A DNA stretch of 64,000 nt from Escherichia coli (GTDB lineage Bacteria > Pseudomonadota > Gammaproteobacteria > Enterobacterales > Enterobacteriaceae): NCBI RefSeq assembly GCF_013122565.1, contig NZ_CP053258.1. The stretch is one strand, 5' to 3'. Positions 1 to 10,946 of the stretch are shown piece after piece. A model generated the notes under the pieces. That model was not told the DNA's origin. It saw nothing but the letters and a program-made list of their open reading frames with translations, and ran no database searches. The position numbers and the translations under genes are program-made. Each line of letters begins with the position of its first letter. Position 1 is the stretch's first letter.

Positions 1-559
1 GTATTGGATGTTAGCGGTAATGTTCCTGACCGCCTGCATGAGCGGCCTGTATGTGATTGGGGTAGCGAAAGATATCGCCCAAAGTCTGGCACACCTTGAT
101 GTGGTTTCCGCAGCCAATGCAGTAACGGTTATTTCCATCGCTAACCTTTCAGGTCGTCTGGTGCTGGGCATTCTGTCTGACAAAATCGCCCGTATCCGTG
201 TTATCACCATTGGTCAGGTGATTTCGCTGGTGGGTATGGCGGCCCTGCTGTTTGCACCATTAAATGCCGTGACGTTCTTTGCAGCGATTGCCTGCGTGGC
301 ATTTAACTTTGGCGGCACTATTACCGTCTTTCCGTCACTGGTCAGTGAGTTCTTCGGCCTCAATAACCTGGCGAAAAACTACGGTGTGATTTACCTCGGT
401 TTCGGTATCGGTAGCATTTGTGGTTCGATTATCGCCTCACTGTTTGGCGGCTTCTATGTGACCTTCTACGTGATTTTCGCCCTGCTGATTCTGTCATTGG
501 CGCTTTCTACGACGATTCGTCAGCCAGAACAGAAAATGTTGCGTGAGGCGCATATTTAG
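1..559 (+). CDS. yhjX: MFS-family transporter YhjX, C-terminal portion (gene begins upstream of window)
   Basis: Open frame runs from window edge to stop at 559; multi-pass hydrophobic protein matching remembered YhjX C-terminus; followed by hairpin terminator. Confidence 0.8.
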   Translation, partial: YWMLAVMFLTACMSGLYVIGVAKDIAQSLAHLDVVSAANAVTVISIANLSGRLVLGILSDKIARIRVITIGQVISLVGMAALLFAPLNAVTFFAAIACVAFNFGGTITVFPSLVSEFFGLNNLAKNYGVIYLGFGIGSICGSIIASLFGGFYVTFYVIFALLILSLALSTTIRQPEQKMLREAHI

Positions 560-588
560 AAATATGGCGCTACTAAAATAAATGCGAT

Positions 589-621
589 GAGGGAGACTTC
601 AAAGTCTCCTTTTTTATGGAC
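589..621 (+). terminator. Rho-independent terminator downstream of yhjX
   Basis: GC stem gggagacttc / gaagtctcc followed by T-run immediately after yhjX stop. Confidence 0.7.
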
Positions 622-880
622 ACATATTAAAAGAATAATATTATTCACGCATCAAATATATTTCATTTATTCATATATTACATAAATATAAATATATTCC
701 TAAAAAAATGATCTCAGGAAGCGTTTCTATGTGCAATTAATTGAAGTTGAAGTACATTTTCACTTATTGCAAAAATTAATATTCAGTAAAAACAATTTTC
801 TTTTATAGCACCATTTGTATAATCTGCGCCCTGTTGTATGAACAACATCAAGCATATTTATCTATATAAATGGAGTTTTA
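622..880 (+). promoter_or_regulatory. AT-rich upstream regulatory region of the lpf fimbrial operon
   Basis: Long, very AT-rich, curved-looking tract directly upstream of lpfA; lpf promoters are known to be H-NS silenced; no specific -10/-35 assigned. Confidence 0.4.
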
Positions 881-1408
881 ATGAAAAAGGTTTTCTTTGC
901 CTTATCTGCGCTTGCGCTGACCTCTACTTCCGTATTCGCAGCTGATGCGGGCGACGGTACTATCAAATTTACCGGTGAGATTGTTGATGCCGCTTGTGTT
1001 GTCTCTCCGGACTCTCAAAAACAAGAAGTTGTTCTGGGCCAGGTGAACAAGTCTGTGTTTACTGCTACCGGTGATAAATCCCCAGCAACGCCGTTCAAAA
1101 TCAAACTGGAAAACTGCGATATCTCCTCCACTGCCAAAAACGTGGAGATCAGCTTTAGCGGCGTTGGTGCTGCAGGCAACGAGGCACTGGTTTCTGTAAG
1201 CACAGAACCAGGTGCTGCAACTGGCGTTGGTATCGGTATTTATGATAACACCAATACGCTGGTTGACCTGAATACCGGTAAATCGGCTACCCTTCTGAAA
1301 GACGGCCAGACCGTTCTGTATTTCACCGCTAACTATGTCTCTATCAGCGATGTAGTAACCACGGGTTACGGTAACGCTGAAGTCGACTTCAACCTGACTT
1401 ACAACTAA
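881..1408 (+). CDS. lpfA: Long polar fimbriae major subunit (fimbrial pilin)
   Basis: 175 aa, signal peptide (ALALTSTSVFA-AD), conserved pilin Cys pair and C-terminal donor-strand motif; SD-like ggag upstream; matches remembered LpfA. Confidence 0.85.
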   Translation: MKKVFFALSALALTSTSVFAADAGDGTIKFTGEIVDAACVVSPDSQKQEVVLGQVNKSVFTATGDKSPATPFKIKLENCDISSTAKNVEISFSGVGAAGNEALVSVSTEPGAATGVGIGIYDNTNTLVDLNTGKSATLLKDGQTVLYFTANYVSISDVVTTGYGNAEVDFNLTYN

Positions 1409-1491
1409 TCGATCCTGACGGGGCGATCATCTCTCAATGGCAACAGATTATCTGTTGCCATTATTCACACCAATGACTCAGGGACCGAATC

Positions 1492-2178
1492 ATGAAACGT
1501 ATTAGCCTTACCGTTCTGGCGCTTTTAATGACTGCACAACAGTGTCTTGCTGGTGGCGTAGCCCTAAGCACGACGCGTGTTATTTATGACGGCGGCAAGA
1601 AAGAAGCGTCGCTGACCGTTGAGAATCATAATAAAAATGAAGAATTTTTGATCCAGTCATGGATTGATGATGTGAATGGAAATAAAAAAACACCGTTTAT
1701 TATTACACCACCATTATTCAAACTTGATCCTGATAAAAATAACGTATTACGTATCGTCAATATTGAAGATACCTTACCTCAAGATCGTGAATCCGTTTAC
1801 TGGATTAATGTAAAAGCCATTCCTGCGAAAAGTGCTGAAAATGAAAATAAAAATGTCTTACAGATAGCCGTTCGCACCCGTCTGAAGTTGTTCTATCGTC
1901 CAAAAGGTTTGCCGGGAAGCAACCTCGAGGCCATGAAGCAGTTACGTTTCCAGCGTCAAAATAACCAAATTGTGGTTAATAACGACTCCGCTTATAACCT
2001 GACCTTTAATCAGTTTTCCATTAATGGACAAAAGATTGAACGGGCGGGAATGGTTCTCGCGAAAGGAAAGTTAAATATTAACCTTCCAGCCGGTACAGGC
2101 AACGCGCACGAAGTGAAATACAGCATTATTAATGATTTCGGTGTTGCTGGCGAAATGCTGACGAAGCCGATTAACTGA
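1492..2178 (+). CDS. lpfB: Periplasmic fimbrial chaperone (PapD-like)
   Basis: 228 aa with signal peptide; chaperone-usher pathway chaperone features; operon position after pilin. Confidence 0.85.
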   Translation: MKRISLTVLALLMTAQQCLAGGVALSTTRVIYDGGKKEASLTVENHNKNEEFLIQSWIDDVNGNKKTPFIITPPLFKLDPDKNNVLRIVNIEDTLPQDRESVYWINVKAIPAKSAENENKNVLQIAVRTRLKLFYRPKGLPGSNLEAMKQLRFQRQNNQIVVNNDSAYNLTFNQFSINGQKIERAGMVLAKGKLNINLPAGTGNAHEVKYSIINDFGVAGEMLTKPIN

Positions 2179-2201
2179 TCCTTTTACAAGGCGCTTTTAC
2201 T

Positions 2202-4733
2202 ATGCATTGGATGCATTTACCTCTCTATCACTACAGAGCGCATTTTTCCTTCTCTCTGCTGGCATTAACGATTGCCAGCGCGTTACCTGCGTATGGCGGA
2301 AAATTTAACCCAAAATTTCTCGAAAACGTTCAGGGTATCGATCAACACGTCGACTTGTCGGTATACGACTCACCTGTCGGCCAGCAAATACCCGGTAAAT
2401 ACCGGGTTTCGGTGTTTGTAAACGAAGAAAAAATGGCTTCCCAGACGCTGGATTTTAGTACCGCCAGCGAAGCGAAACGCAAAGCCAGCGGTGAGTCGCT
2501 TATGCCTTGCCTTAGCCGGGTGCAACTGGAAGAAATGGGCGTACGCGTTGACAGCTTTCCGGCGCTGAAGATGTCGCCACCGGAAGCCTGCGTGGCATTT
2601 GATGAAATCATTCCTCAGGCTACCAGCCGCTTTGATTTTAATACTCAGACGCTGCATCTTTCCTTCCCTCAGGCGGCAATGATGATGACCGCGCGTGGCA
2701 CGGTTGATCCTTCTCGCTGGGACGAAGGAATACCGGCGCTGTTGCTTGATTACAGCTTTAGTGGCAGCAATGGACGCAATGAAGGTACAGGTTCATCTTC
2801 AGATTCGACCAGTGACAGTTATTACCTGAACCTGCGCAGCGGTTTGAACCTGGGGCCGTGGCGTTTACGGAATAACAGTATCTGGAACCGTACCGATGGC
2901 AAAAACCAATGGGATAACGTTGGTACATCATTAAACCGGGCGATTATCCCACTCAAGTCACAGATAACACTGGGTGATACCGCCACGCCTGGCGAGATTT
3001 TTGACAGCGTACAAATGCGTGGGGCATTACTGGCATCCGATGATGAAATGTTGCCGGATAGTCAGCGTGGCTTTGCTCCGGTGGTGCGGGGCATCGCCAA
3101 AAGCAACGCTGAAGTGAGTATCGAACAGAACGGATATGTTATTTATCGTACCTTTGTTCAGCCGGGCGCATTTGAGATTAACGATCTCTACGCAACCTCC
3201 GGCAGCGGCGACCTGACGGTGATCATTAAAGAAGCTGACGGAAGTGAGCAACGTTTTATCCAGCCGTTTTCGGCGGTGGCGATTTTCCAGCGTGAAGGGT
3301 ATCTGAAATACAGCCTGGCTGCCGGTGAGTATCGTGCGGGTAATTACGACAGCGATAAACCACGTTTCGGGCAGTTTACCGCCATGTACGGTTTACCGTG
3401 GGGGATGACCGCCTACGGTGGCGCATTGTTGTCGGCAGACTACAACGCTTTAGCTCTGGGGCTGGGGAAAAACTTCGGCACCATTGGCGCGGTGTCGGTG
3501 GATGTCACTCAGGCGAAAAGTCAGTTACGCAACAATGAAAAAGAGGAAGGCCAGTCTTATCGTTTCCTCTATTCGAAAAGTTTTGACGGCGGCACTGATC
3601 TGCGTCTGTTGGGCTACAAGTACTCAACCAGCGGCTACTACACTTTCCAGGAAGCGACCGATGTTCGCAGTGACGCCGACAGTGATTACCGTCGTTATCA
3701 CAAGCGTAGCCAGATACAGGGCAACATTACCCAGCAACTGGGAGACTACGGCTCTGTTTATTTCAATATGACGCAGCAGGATTACTGGAACGTTGGCGGT
3801 AAGGAAAATTCCTTAAGCGCCGGTTATCGCGGTCATATTGGTCGGGTGAATTACAGTGTTGCCTATACCTGGACGAGAAGCCCGGAATGGGAAGAGGACG
3901 ATCGCCTGTGGTCATTCAGTGTCTCGATCCCTCTGGGGAGTGCGTGGAGCAGTTATCGCATGACCACCGACCAGAATGGCAAGACGTCGCAACAGGCCTC
4001 TGTCAGCGGTACGTTACTGGAAGATCATAACCTGAACTATAACGTTCAGCAGGGTTACACCAGTAATGGTGTTGGCTACAGTGGTAGCGCCAGCATGGGG
4101 TATATGGGTGGTTCTGGCAACATTGACGTGGGCTATAACTATTCCAAAGATAACCAACAGGTTAACTATGGCGTGCGCGGCGGTGTCATCGTTCACAGTG
4201 AAGGTATAACGCTTTCGCAGCCTTTAGGCGAAAGTCTGGCGATTGTTTCTGCACCGGGCGCGCGTGGCGGACATGTGGTTAATAGCAGCGGCGTAGAAGT
4301 TGACTGGATGGGCAACGCCGTGGTGCCGTATCTCACGCCATATCGTGAAACCATTGTGGAATTGCGCAGCGATACGCTGGGGCAAAACGTTGAACTACAG
4401 GAAGCGTATCAGAAAGTCGTACCCACGCGTGGCGCGGTTGTGCGTTCCCGCTTTGATACTCGCGTCGGTTATCGTGTGCTGATGAGCTTAAAACAGGCGA
4501 ATGGCAACGCAGTACCGTTTGGTGCCACCGCAACTTTAATTGATGAGAGCAAACCTGCCAGCAGCATTGTGGGTGAAGAGGGGCAGCTTTATATCAGCGG
4601 GATGCCAGAAGAGGGCGAATTGCAGGTGAGCTGGGGGAACGAGCAGGCGCAACGTTGCCGTGTGCCATTCCGCTTGCCAGAGAACAAGGACAATGCGGCT
4701 ATCGTGATGGTTAATGCGGTATGCGAGAAATAA
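2202..4733 (+). CDS. lpfC: Outer-membrane fimbrial usher, full length
   Basis: 843 aa single intact ORF with usher-like beta-barrel composition; not split as in the O157 lpfC/lpfC-prime arrangement. Confidence 0.85.
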   Translation: MHWMHLPLYHYRAHFSFSLLALTIASALPAYGGKFNPKFLENVQGIDQHVDLSVYDSPVGQQIPGKYRVSVFVNEEKMASQTLDFSTASEAKRKASGESLMPCLSRVQLEEMGVRVDSFPALKMSPPEACVAFDEIIPQATSRFDFNTQTLHLSFPQAAMMMTARGTVDPSRWDEGIPALLLDYSFSGSNGRNEGTGSSSDSTSDSYYLNLRSGLNLGPWRLRNNSIWNRTDGKNQWDNVGTSLNRAIIPLKSQITLGDTATPGEIFDSVQMRGALLASDDEMLPDSQRGFAPVVRGIAKSNAEVSIEQNGYVIYRTFVQPGAFEINDLYATSGSGDLTVIIKEADGSEQRFIQPFSAVAIFQREGYLKYSLAAGEYRAGNYDSDKPRFGQFTAMYGLPWGMTAYGGALLSADYNALALGLGKNFGTIGAVSVDVTQAKSQLRNNEKEEGQSYRFLYSKSFDGGTDLRLLGYKYSTSGYYTFQEATDVRSDADSDYRRYHKRSQIQGNITQQLGDYGSVYFNMTQQDYWNVGGKENSLSAGYRGHIGRVNYSVAYTWTRSPEWEEDDRLWSFSVSIPLGSAWSSYRMTTDQNGKTSQQASVSGTLLEDHNLNYNVQQGYTSNGVGYSGSASMGYMGGSGNIDVGYNYSKDNQQVNYGVRGGVIVHSEGITLSQPLGESLAIVSAPGARGGHVVNSSGVEVDWMGNAVVPYLTPYRETIVELRSDTLGQNVELQEAYQKVVPTRGAVVRSRFDTRVGYRVLMSLKQANGNAVPFGATATLIDESKPASSIVGEEGQLYISGMPEEGELQVSWGNEQAQRCRVPFRLPENKDNAAIVMVNAVCEK

Positions 4734-4743
4734 GGATATTCAG

Positions 4744-5796
4744 ATGAAAATTAAAAATTTGTTGGCAGGTATGGTGCTGTTTGGGACGAGCACCTTTGCC
4801 GGGAATATATGGGCGGCGGATTGGGGGCCGTGCAGGACGGCAAGTGGTGATCCTTTTATTTTTACTACATCATTCACCAAAAATATTCAAAACCCGACGG
4901 ATAACGTTGCCGGGCAGACCTATACTGATTTTTACCAATGGGCGCTAGGTGATAAATATTCTGGTGTTTGTGAATGCCCATCACCGACACCGACAGAATC
5001 CCGACCAACGCTATATAAAGCTGAGTCAACACTACCTGCAGGGCATGACTCAACCTATTTTAAAATTACCAATAATCTTGAGGTTTCAAGCAAAGTATAT
5101 ATTGCCAACGTGGGCTATGTACAAGTTCCATTCGTTAATAGATCCAATGTACAGCCTGGGAAAGAGTGCGATCAACCCACTTCGGGGTGGACGACAGGAA
5201 GTAAGGGGCGGCTCTCACTTTATATCGCTAAACCGTTCGTTGGGGAACAAGACATTCCGCAAACCACGATAGTTTCTGTGTATGGTACAAAAGCAGCGAA
5301 TGTGTATGGTTCAGTTCCAATGTCTGAGGTGCTTCTTTCAGGAAAAGTAACCGTAACGCAAGGTTGTGAACTCGCCGCAGGTACTGCGCTGGATATTGAT
5401 TTCGGTGAATATCAGGCGCACGACTTTAAAGATCGCGTTGGCCAACCGCCGCAAAATGTTCGGAAGATACAAAAGGAGCTGACATTTAATTGCAACAATA
5501 TCTCTGATGGTGTCCATATTTACCTTAGCCTTGAAGGTTCATCAAATACGGCTTATCCCAGCGCAATTAACCTGGGTAATGCCGATGTCGGAGCCATTAT
5601 TGAAGATGGGAAAGGCAATATTCTGAAACCTAATGATGACAACTGCTTATTAGAAATGGATTCAGGAACACTGTATGAGGATGTTAAACGCACGGCGAAA
5701 ATCACGATAACGGCTTATCCCGTTAGCACGACAGGAAAATTGCCTACGGCCGGTGACTATGATGGCGTGGCAACAATGCATGTTGAACTGGAGTGA
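4744..5796 (+). CDS. lpfD: Fimbrial minor subunit / putative tip adhesin
   Basis: ATG at 4744 preceded by AAGGA; signal peptide; ~350 aa two-domain-sized fimbrial protein; ORF-track start 4714 is probably an upstream extension. Confidence 0.75.
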   Translation: MKIKNLLAGMVLFGTSTFAGNIWAADWGPCRTASGDPFIFTTSFTKNIQNPTDNVAGQTYTDFYQWALGDKYSGVCECPSPTPTESRPTLYKAESTLPAGHDSTYFKITNNLEVSSKVYIANVGYVQVPFVNRSNVQPGKECDQPTSGWTTGSKGRLSLYIAKPFVGEQDIPQTTIVSVYGTKAANVYGSVPMSEVLLSGKVTVTQGCELAAGTALDIDFGEYQAHDFKDRVGQPPQNVRKIQKELTFNCNNISDGVHIYLSLEGSSNTAYPSAINLGNADVGAIIEDGKGNILKPNDDNCLLEMDSGTLYEDVKRTAKITITAYPVSTTGKLPTAGDYDGVATMHVELE

Positions 5797-5801
5797 CGGT
5801 C

Positions 5802-6326
5802 ATGAAACAAATCGTGATTATGTTGTGCTTACTATCTTGTGCCTTTTCGCCACTGGCGGCAATTACGGATTTAGGGCCGAAAGGAACATTGAAATTCACC
5901 CTTAAAATCAGTCAGGGGGCCTGCGAACTGGTAAAAGACAGTGTTGAAGTTGACATGGGCACCGCAGTTCTCAAGAAGCCGGTAAGAATCGGAACGGAAC
6001 TGAACCCTACCGCTTTTTCAATTGGATTAAAAAACTGTAGTGAAGTGGTCAGAGTCTACGTCACTATGGATGGTACGCCAAATGCGGATGACCCCAATTT
6101 GTTTGCGTTAGATGCGGGTGGCGCTACAGGCGTTGGGCTGAAAATCAAAACCGCCGCGGGCGTACAACAGCTCCCCGAAAATACAACGCCGACACCGATT
6201 GAGTTCGCGATTAATGGTGATGGCGCGCATCAACTAAACTATATCGCCAGCTACGTGCCACTTCGCGCCGATGCAACCATTGGTCGCGCGGATGCAACGG
6301 TCGATTTTACTGTACAGTACGAATAA
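5802..6326 (+). CDS. lpfE: Fimbrial minor subunit
   Basis: ATG at 5802 with GGAG 8 nt upstream, overlapping lpfD stop; signal peptide; pilin-like C-terminus. Confidence 0.75.
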   Translation: MKQIVIMLCLLSCAFSPLAAITDLGPKGTLKFTLKISQGACELVKDSVEVDMGTAVLKKPVRIGTELNPTAFSIGLKNCSEVVRVYVTMDGTPNADDPNLFALDAGGATGVGLKIKTAAGVQQLPENTTPTPIEFAINGDGAHQLNYIASYVPLRADATIGRADATVDFTVQYE

Positions 6327-6337
6327 TTTCACATCTT

Positions 6338-6364
6338 AGGGGCCAGTTAACTGGCCCTTTTTAC
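6338..6364 (+). terminator. Rho-independent terminator ending the lpf operon
   Basis: Stem ggggccagtt / aactggccc followed by TTTTT right after lpfE stop. Confidence 0.75.
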
Positions 6365-6577
6365 TGCTTTTTGTAACGCCAAGTCTCTTTTCAAACTTGC
6401 ATTTTTGTAAATTTGTGCTTCATGCACACTCTTTCCCCACACTTTTTCCCTTTGCTGTGGTCTACTTATTCGCGCGTGTAGATTTTACTTATCTGACTAC
6501 CTCCGCACTTTTCCCCTGCCGGGCCTGAAAAGCCGCTTAGCAGGGTGTTATCACCTGTTTGTCCAGGGTTTGTTTGC

Positions 6578-8269
6578 ATGAGATACATCAAATCGATTAC
6601 ACAGCAGAAGCTGAGCTTTTTGCTTGCAATCTATATTGGCCTTTTTATGAATGGCGCGGTTTTTTACCGCCGCTTCGGCAGCTATGCGCACGATTTTACC
6701 GTCTGGAAAGGCATTTCTGCTGTTGTTGAACTGGTCGCCACCGTACTGGTGACCTTCTTTCTACTGCGTCTTCTTTCGCTGTTTGGCCGCCGCAGCTGGC
6801 GTATTCTGGCATCATTGGTGGTGCTCTTTTCCGCCGGTGCCAGCTATTACATGACCTTCCTTAATGTGGTTATTGGTTATGGCATCATCGCTTCCGTCAT
6901 GACCACCGATATCGACCTGTCAAAAGAAGTTGTTGGTCTGAACTTTATTCTCTGGTTAATCGCCGTTAGCGCATTGCCTCTTATCCTTATCTGGAATAAC
7001 CGCTGTCGCTATACCTTGCTCCGACAACTGCGAACCCCAGGGCAGCGTATTCGCAGCCTGGCAGTCGTCGTACTGGCGGGTATTATGGTTTGGGCACCGA
7101 TTCGTTTTCTGGATATCCAGCAGAAGAAAGTGGAGAGGGCGACCGGCGTTGATTTGCCGAGTTATGGCGGCGTCGTAGCGAACTCTTATCTGCCATCAAA
7201 CTGGCTTTCGGCATTGGGGCTGTACGCCTGGGCGCGGGTCGATGAATCTTCCGATAATAATTCATTGCTTAATCCGGCGAAGAAATTCACTTATCAGGCA
7301 CCGCAAAATGTTGATGACACTTATGTCGTGTTTATCATCGGTGAAACCACGCGTTGGGACCATATGGGCATTTTCGGCTATGAACGTAACACCACGCCGA
7401 AGCTGGCCCAGGAGAAAAATCTGGCGGCGTTCCGTGGTTACTCCTGTGATACCGCAACCAAACTCTCACTGCGTTGCATGTTTGTACGTCAGGGGGGCGC
7501 GGAAGATAATCCGCAGCGCACATTAAAAGAACAGAATATTTTCGCGGTGCTGAAGCAGTTAGGATTCAGTTCTGACCTCTACGCTATGCAAAGCGAAATG
7601 TGGTTCTACAGCAATACGATGGCGGACAACATTGCTTATCGTGAGCAGATTGGTGCGGAGCCACGTAACCGTGGCAAGCCGGTAGATGATATGCTGCTGG
7701 TAGACGAAATGCAGCAATCGCTGGGGCGCAACCCGGATGGTAAGCATCTGATCATTCTGCATACCAAAGGTTCGCACTTTAACTACACCCAGCGTTACCC
7801 GCGCAGCTTCGCGCAGTGGAAGCCGGAATGTATTGGTGTTGATAGCGGCTGTACCAAAGCGCAGATGATCAACTCCTACGACAACTCGGTGACCTATGTG
7901 GATCATTTTATTTCCAGCGTGATTGATCAGGTTCGCGATAAGAAAGCGATTGTGTTCTATGCAGCTGACCACGGTGAGTCAATTAACGAACGCGAGCACC
8001 TGCACGGCACGCCGCGTGAACTGGCACCGCCGGAGCAGTTCCGCGTGCCGATGATGGTCTGGATGTCAGATAAATATCTGGAAAATCCGGCCAATGCGCA
8101 GGCATTTGCGCAGCTGAAAAAAGAAGCCGACATGAAAGTGCCACGCCGTCACGTAGAGCTGTACGACACCATCATGGGTTGTCTTGGCTATACTTCACCG
8201 GATGGTGGAATTAACGAAAACAACAACTGGTGTCACATCCCGCAGGCAAAAGAGGCAGCGGCTAACTAA
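6578..8269 (+). CDS. eptB: Kdo2-lipid A phosphoethanolamine transferase
   Basis: 563 aa from ATG at 6578; N-terminal transmembrane helices plus C-terminal sulfatase-like domain; matches remembered EptB (YhjW). Confidence 0.9.
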   Translation: MRYIKSITQQKLSFLLAIYIGLFMNGAVFYRRFGSYAHDFTVWKGISAVVELVATVLVTFFLLRLLSLFGRRSWRILASLVVLFSAGASYYMTFLNVVIGYGIIASVMTTDIDLSKEVVGLNFILWLIAVSALPLILIWNNRCRYTLLRQLRTPGQRIRSLAVVVLAGIMVWAPIRFLDIQQKKVERATGVDLPSYGGVVANSYLPSNWLSALGLYAWARVDESSDNNSLLNPAKKFTYQAPQNVDDTYVVFIIGETTRWDHMGIFGYERNTTPKLAQEKNLAAFRGYSCDTATKLSLRCMFVRQGGAEDNPQRTLKEQNIFAVLKQLGFSSDLYAMQSEMWFYSNTMADNIAYREQIGAEPRNRGKPVDDMLLVDEMQQSLGRNPDGKHLIILHTKGSHFNYTQRYPRSFAQWKPECIGVDSGCTKAQMINSYDNSVTYVDHFISSVIDQVRDKKAIVFYAADHGESINEREHLHGTPRELAPPEQFRVPMMVWMSDKYLENPANAQAFAQLKKEADMKVPRRHVELYDTIMGCLGYTSPDGGINENNNWCHIPQAKEAAAN

Positions 8270-8360
8270 GAGGCCTGCTGACTTTCTCGCCGATCAAAAG
8301 GCATTTTGCTATTAAGGGATTGACGAGGGCGTATCTGCGCAGTAAGATGCGCCCCGCATT

Positions 8361-8437
<77 letters not shown>

Positions 8438-8444
8438 ATTTAGA

Positions 8445-8473
8445 AAAACCAGCCTACGGGCTGGTTTTTTGCT
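8445..8473 (+). terminator. Rho-independent terminator after proK
   Basis: Stem aaaaaccagcc / ggctggtttttt with U-tract. Confidence 0.8.
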
Positions 8474-8516
8474 TTCTGCGGCCTGAAGAGGATGAGAACC
8501 TCCGGGGGCTGGGAGG

Positions 8517-8612
8517 TTCGACTCGACGTAGGCCTGATAAGACGCGCCAGCGTCGCATCAGGCAAATGTGCCGGCCCATTGTCGGATGCAGCGTACCCGT
8601 CTTATCCGACCT
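8517..8612. repeat. REP/BIME-type palindromic units
   Basis: Palindromes gcctgataagacgcgccagcgtcgcatcaggc and gtcggatgcagcgtacccgtcttatccgac typical of enterobacterial REP elements. Confidence 0.7.
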
Positions 8613-9188
8613 AAACGGCAGCACACCACACATTTCCCTGCCAAATTTGCGCCCCATATCTCACTATCCATTAACGGATTTGTGACAGAAACCATTGTCT
8701 TTTTTTATATTTGCTTAAATCTTTTTTTGCGTTACTTATGGCTGGCGCTGGCATTTTCCGCTGTGCGTTTTAGCGTTCATGGTATTAATCGCTCAGATAT
8801 CCACCTTTTCCTCAGATTTTTTTCATTAAATGCATAAAACTTAATCACCAAATGTTGCTAAATATTAAGCTGATTGTTCTGGTCATGTTGGAGTAGCACA
8901 AATTTCTCTGCTGCAAATAGCTGTTTGAAGTTTTTTTAATCTTTGTTTGTGGATTCTCACCGTTGGTGTAAATCCTGGTTGGCTGTATTGACGTTTTCAC
9001 ATTCTGTTGACAGATTGTAGGTCACGAGGGGCATTTTATGGAGGATCCGCACTGTTACACTGATGTTAATTAGTACGGCATCCCCACCTCATAACGTTGA
9101 CCCGACCGGGCAAAAAACAAAAAAGGTCAGGCAGCGACAACCCACTGCAAAGGGTTAAAACAACAAACATCACAATTGGAGCAGAATA

Positions 9189-10796
9189 ATGCGTATTTCC
9201 TTGAAAAAGTCAGGGATGCTGAAGCTTGGTCTCAGCCTGGTGGCTATGACCGTCGCAGCAAGTGTTCAGGCTAAAACTCTGGTTTATTGCTCAGAAGGAT
9301 CTCCGGAAGGGTTTAACCCGCAGCTGTTTACCTCCGGTACCACCTATGACGCCTCTTCCGTACCGCTTTATAACCGCCTGGTTGAATTTAAAATCGGCAC
9401 CACCGAAGTGATCCCGGGCCTCGCTGAAAAGTGGGAAGTCAGCGAAGACGGTAAAACCTATACCTTCCATCTGCGTAAAGGTGTGAAGTGGCACGACAAT
9501 AAAGAATTCAAACCGACGCGCGAAATGAATGCCGATGACGTGGTGTTCTCGTTCGATCGTCAGAAAAACGCGCAAAACCCGTACCATAAAGTTTCTGGCG
9601 GCAGCTACGAATACTTCGAAGGCATGGGCTTGCCGGAGCTGATCAGCGAAGTGAAAAAGGTGGACGACAACACAGTTCAGTTTGTGCTGACTCGCCCAGA
9701 AGCGCCGTTCCTCGCTGACCTGGCAATGGACTTCGCCTCTATTCTGTCAAAAGAATATGCTGACGCGATGATGAAAGCCGGTACACCGGAAAAACTGGAC
9801 CTCAACCCAATCGGCACCGGTCCGTTCCAGTTACAGCAGTACCAAAAAGATTCCCGTATCCGCTACAAAGCGTTTGATGGCTACTGGGGCACCAAACCGC
9901 AGATCGATACGCTGGTCTTCTCTATTACCCCTGACGCTTCCGTGCGTTACGCTAAATTGCAGAAAAATGAATGCCAGGTGATGCCGTACCCGAACCCGGC
10001 AGATATCGCTCGCATGAAGCAGGATAAATCCATCAATCTGATGGAAATGCCGGGGCTGAACGTCGGTTATCTCTCGTATAACGTGCAGAAAAAACCACTC
10101 GATGACGTGAAAGTTCGCCAGGCTCTGACCTACGCGGTGAACAAAGACGCGATCATCAAAGCGGTTTATCAGGGCGCGGGTGTATCAGCGAAAAACCTGA
10201 TCCCGCCAACCATGTGGGGCTATAACGACGACGTTCAGGACTACACCTACGATCCTGAAAAAGCGAAAGCCTTGCTGAAAGAAGCGGGTCTGGAAAAAGG
10301 TTTCTCCATCGACCTGTGGGCGATGCCGGTACAACGTCCGTATAACCCGAACGCTCGCCGCATGGCGGAGATGATTCAGGCTGACTGGGCGAAAGTCGGC
10401 GTGCAGGCCAAAATTGTCACCTACGAATGGGGTGAGTACCTCAAGCGTGCGAAAGATGGCGAGCACCAGACGGTAATGATGGGCTGGACTGGCGATAACG
10501 GGGATCCGGATAACTTCTTCGCCACCCTGTTCAGCTGCGCCGCCTCTGAACAAGGCTCCAACTACTCAAAATGGTGCTACAAACCGTTTGAAGATCTGAT
10601 TCAACCGGCGCGTGCTACCGACGACCACAACAAACGCGTTGAACTGTACAAGCAAGCGCAGGTGGTGATGCACGATCAGGCTCCGGCACTGATCATCGCT
10701 CACTCCACCGTGTTTGAGCCTGTACGCAAAGAAGTTAAAGGCTATGTGGTTGATCCATTAGGCAAACATCACTTCGAAAACGTCTCTATCGAATAA
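9189..10796 (+). CDS. dppA: Periplasmic dipeptide-binding protein
   Basis: 535 aa with signal peptide; SBP family 5 features; matches remembered DppA; long leader upstream. Confidence 0.93.
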   Translation: MRISLKKSGMLKLGLSLVAMTVAASVQAKTLVYCSEGSPEGFNPQLFTSGTTYDASSVPLYNRLVEFKIGTTEVIPGLAEKWEVSEDGKTYTFHLRKGVKWHDNKEFKPTREMNADDVVFSFDRQKNAQNPYHKVSGGSYEYFEGMGLPELISEVKKVDDNTVQFVLTRPEAPFLADLAMDFASILSKEYADAMMKAGTPEKLDLNPIGTGPFQLQQYQKDSRIRYKAFDGYWGTKPQIDTLVFSITPDASVRYAKLQKNECQVMPYPNPADIARMKQDKSINLMEMPGLNVGYLSYNVQKKPLDDVKVRQALTYAVNKDAIIKAVYQGAGVSAKNLIPPTMWGYNDDVQDYTYDPEKAKALLKEAGLEKGFSIDLWAMPVQRPYNPNARRMAEMIQADWAKVGVQAKIVTYEWGEYLKRAKDGEHQTVMMGWTGDNGDPDNFFATLFSCAASEQGSNYSKWCYKPFEDLIQPARATDDHNKRVELYKQAQVVMHDQAPALIIAHSTVFEPVRKEVKGYVVDPLGKHHFENVSIE

Positions 10797-10946
10797 TTAA
10801 AAGCCATACCCGGTGGCGCTGTGCCTCTGCGTGCAGCGCCATCCGGCAGCAATACTTCATTCCCTGCCCGACCTGGGCGGGAATTGATTTGTGAGCAATA
10901 CAGACACGCAGTTCCAGGCTGCGGGTCACTACAGAGAATCCGGGTT

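Noticed and set aside
1015-4533. Short antisense or out-of-frame ORFs inside lpfA and lpfC (1015-1203, 2342-2657, 3027-3251, 3484-3771, 4014-4196, 4300-4533)
   Set aside because: Fully embedded in well-supported longer genes, no ribosome-binding sites, amino-acid composition typical of frame artefacts in GC-biased coding DNA.
10821-10946. N-terminal extensions offered by the ORF track for dppB (and similarly eptB 6545, yhjV 16237, bcsB 25009, bcsZ 27436, kdgK 43802, pdeH 43904, yhjG 44771, yhjC 50828, gadA 55527)
   Set aside because: Track uses the most upstream ATG/GTG/TTG. In each case an internal ATG with a better Shine-Dalgarno sequence gives the length I remember for the K-12 protein, and several extensions overlap the preceding gene.
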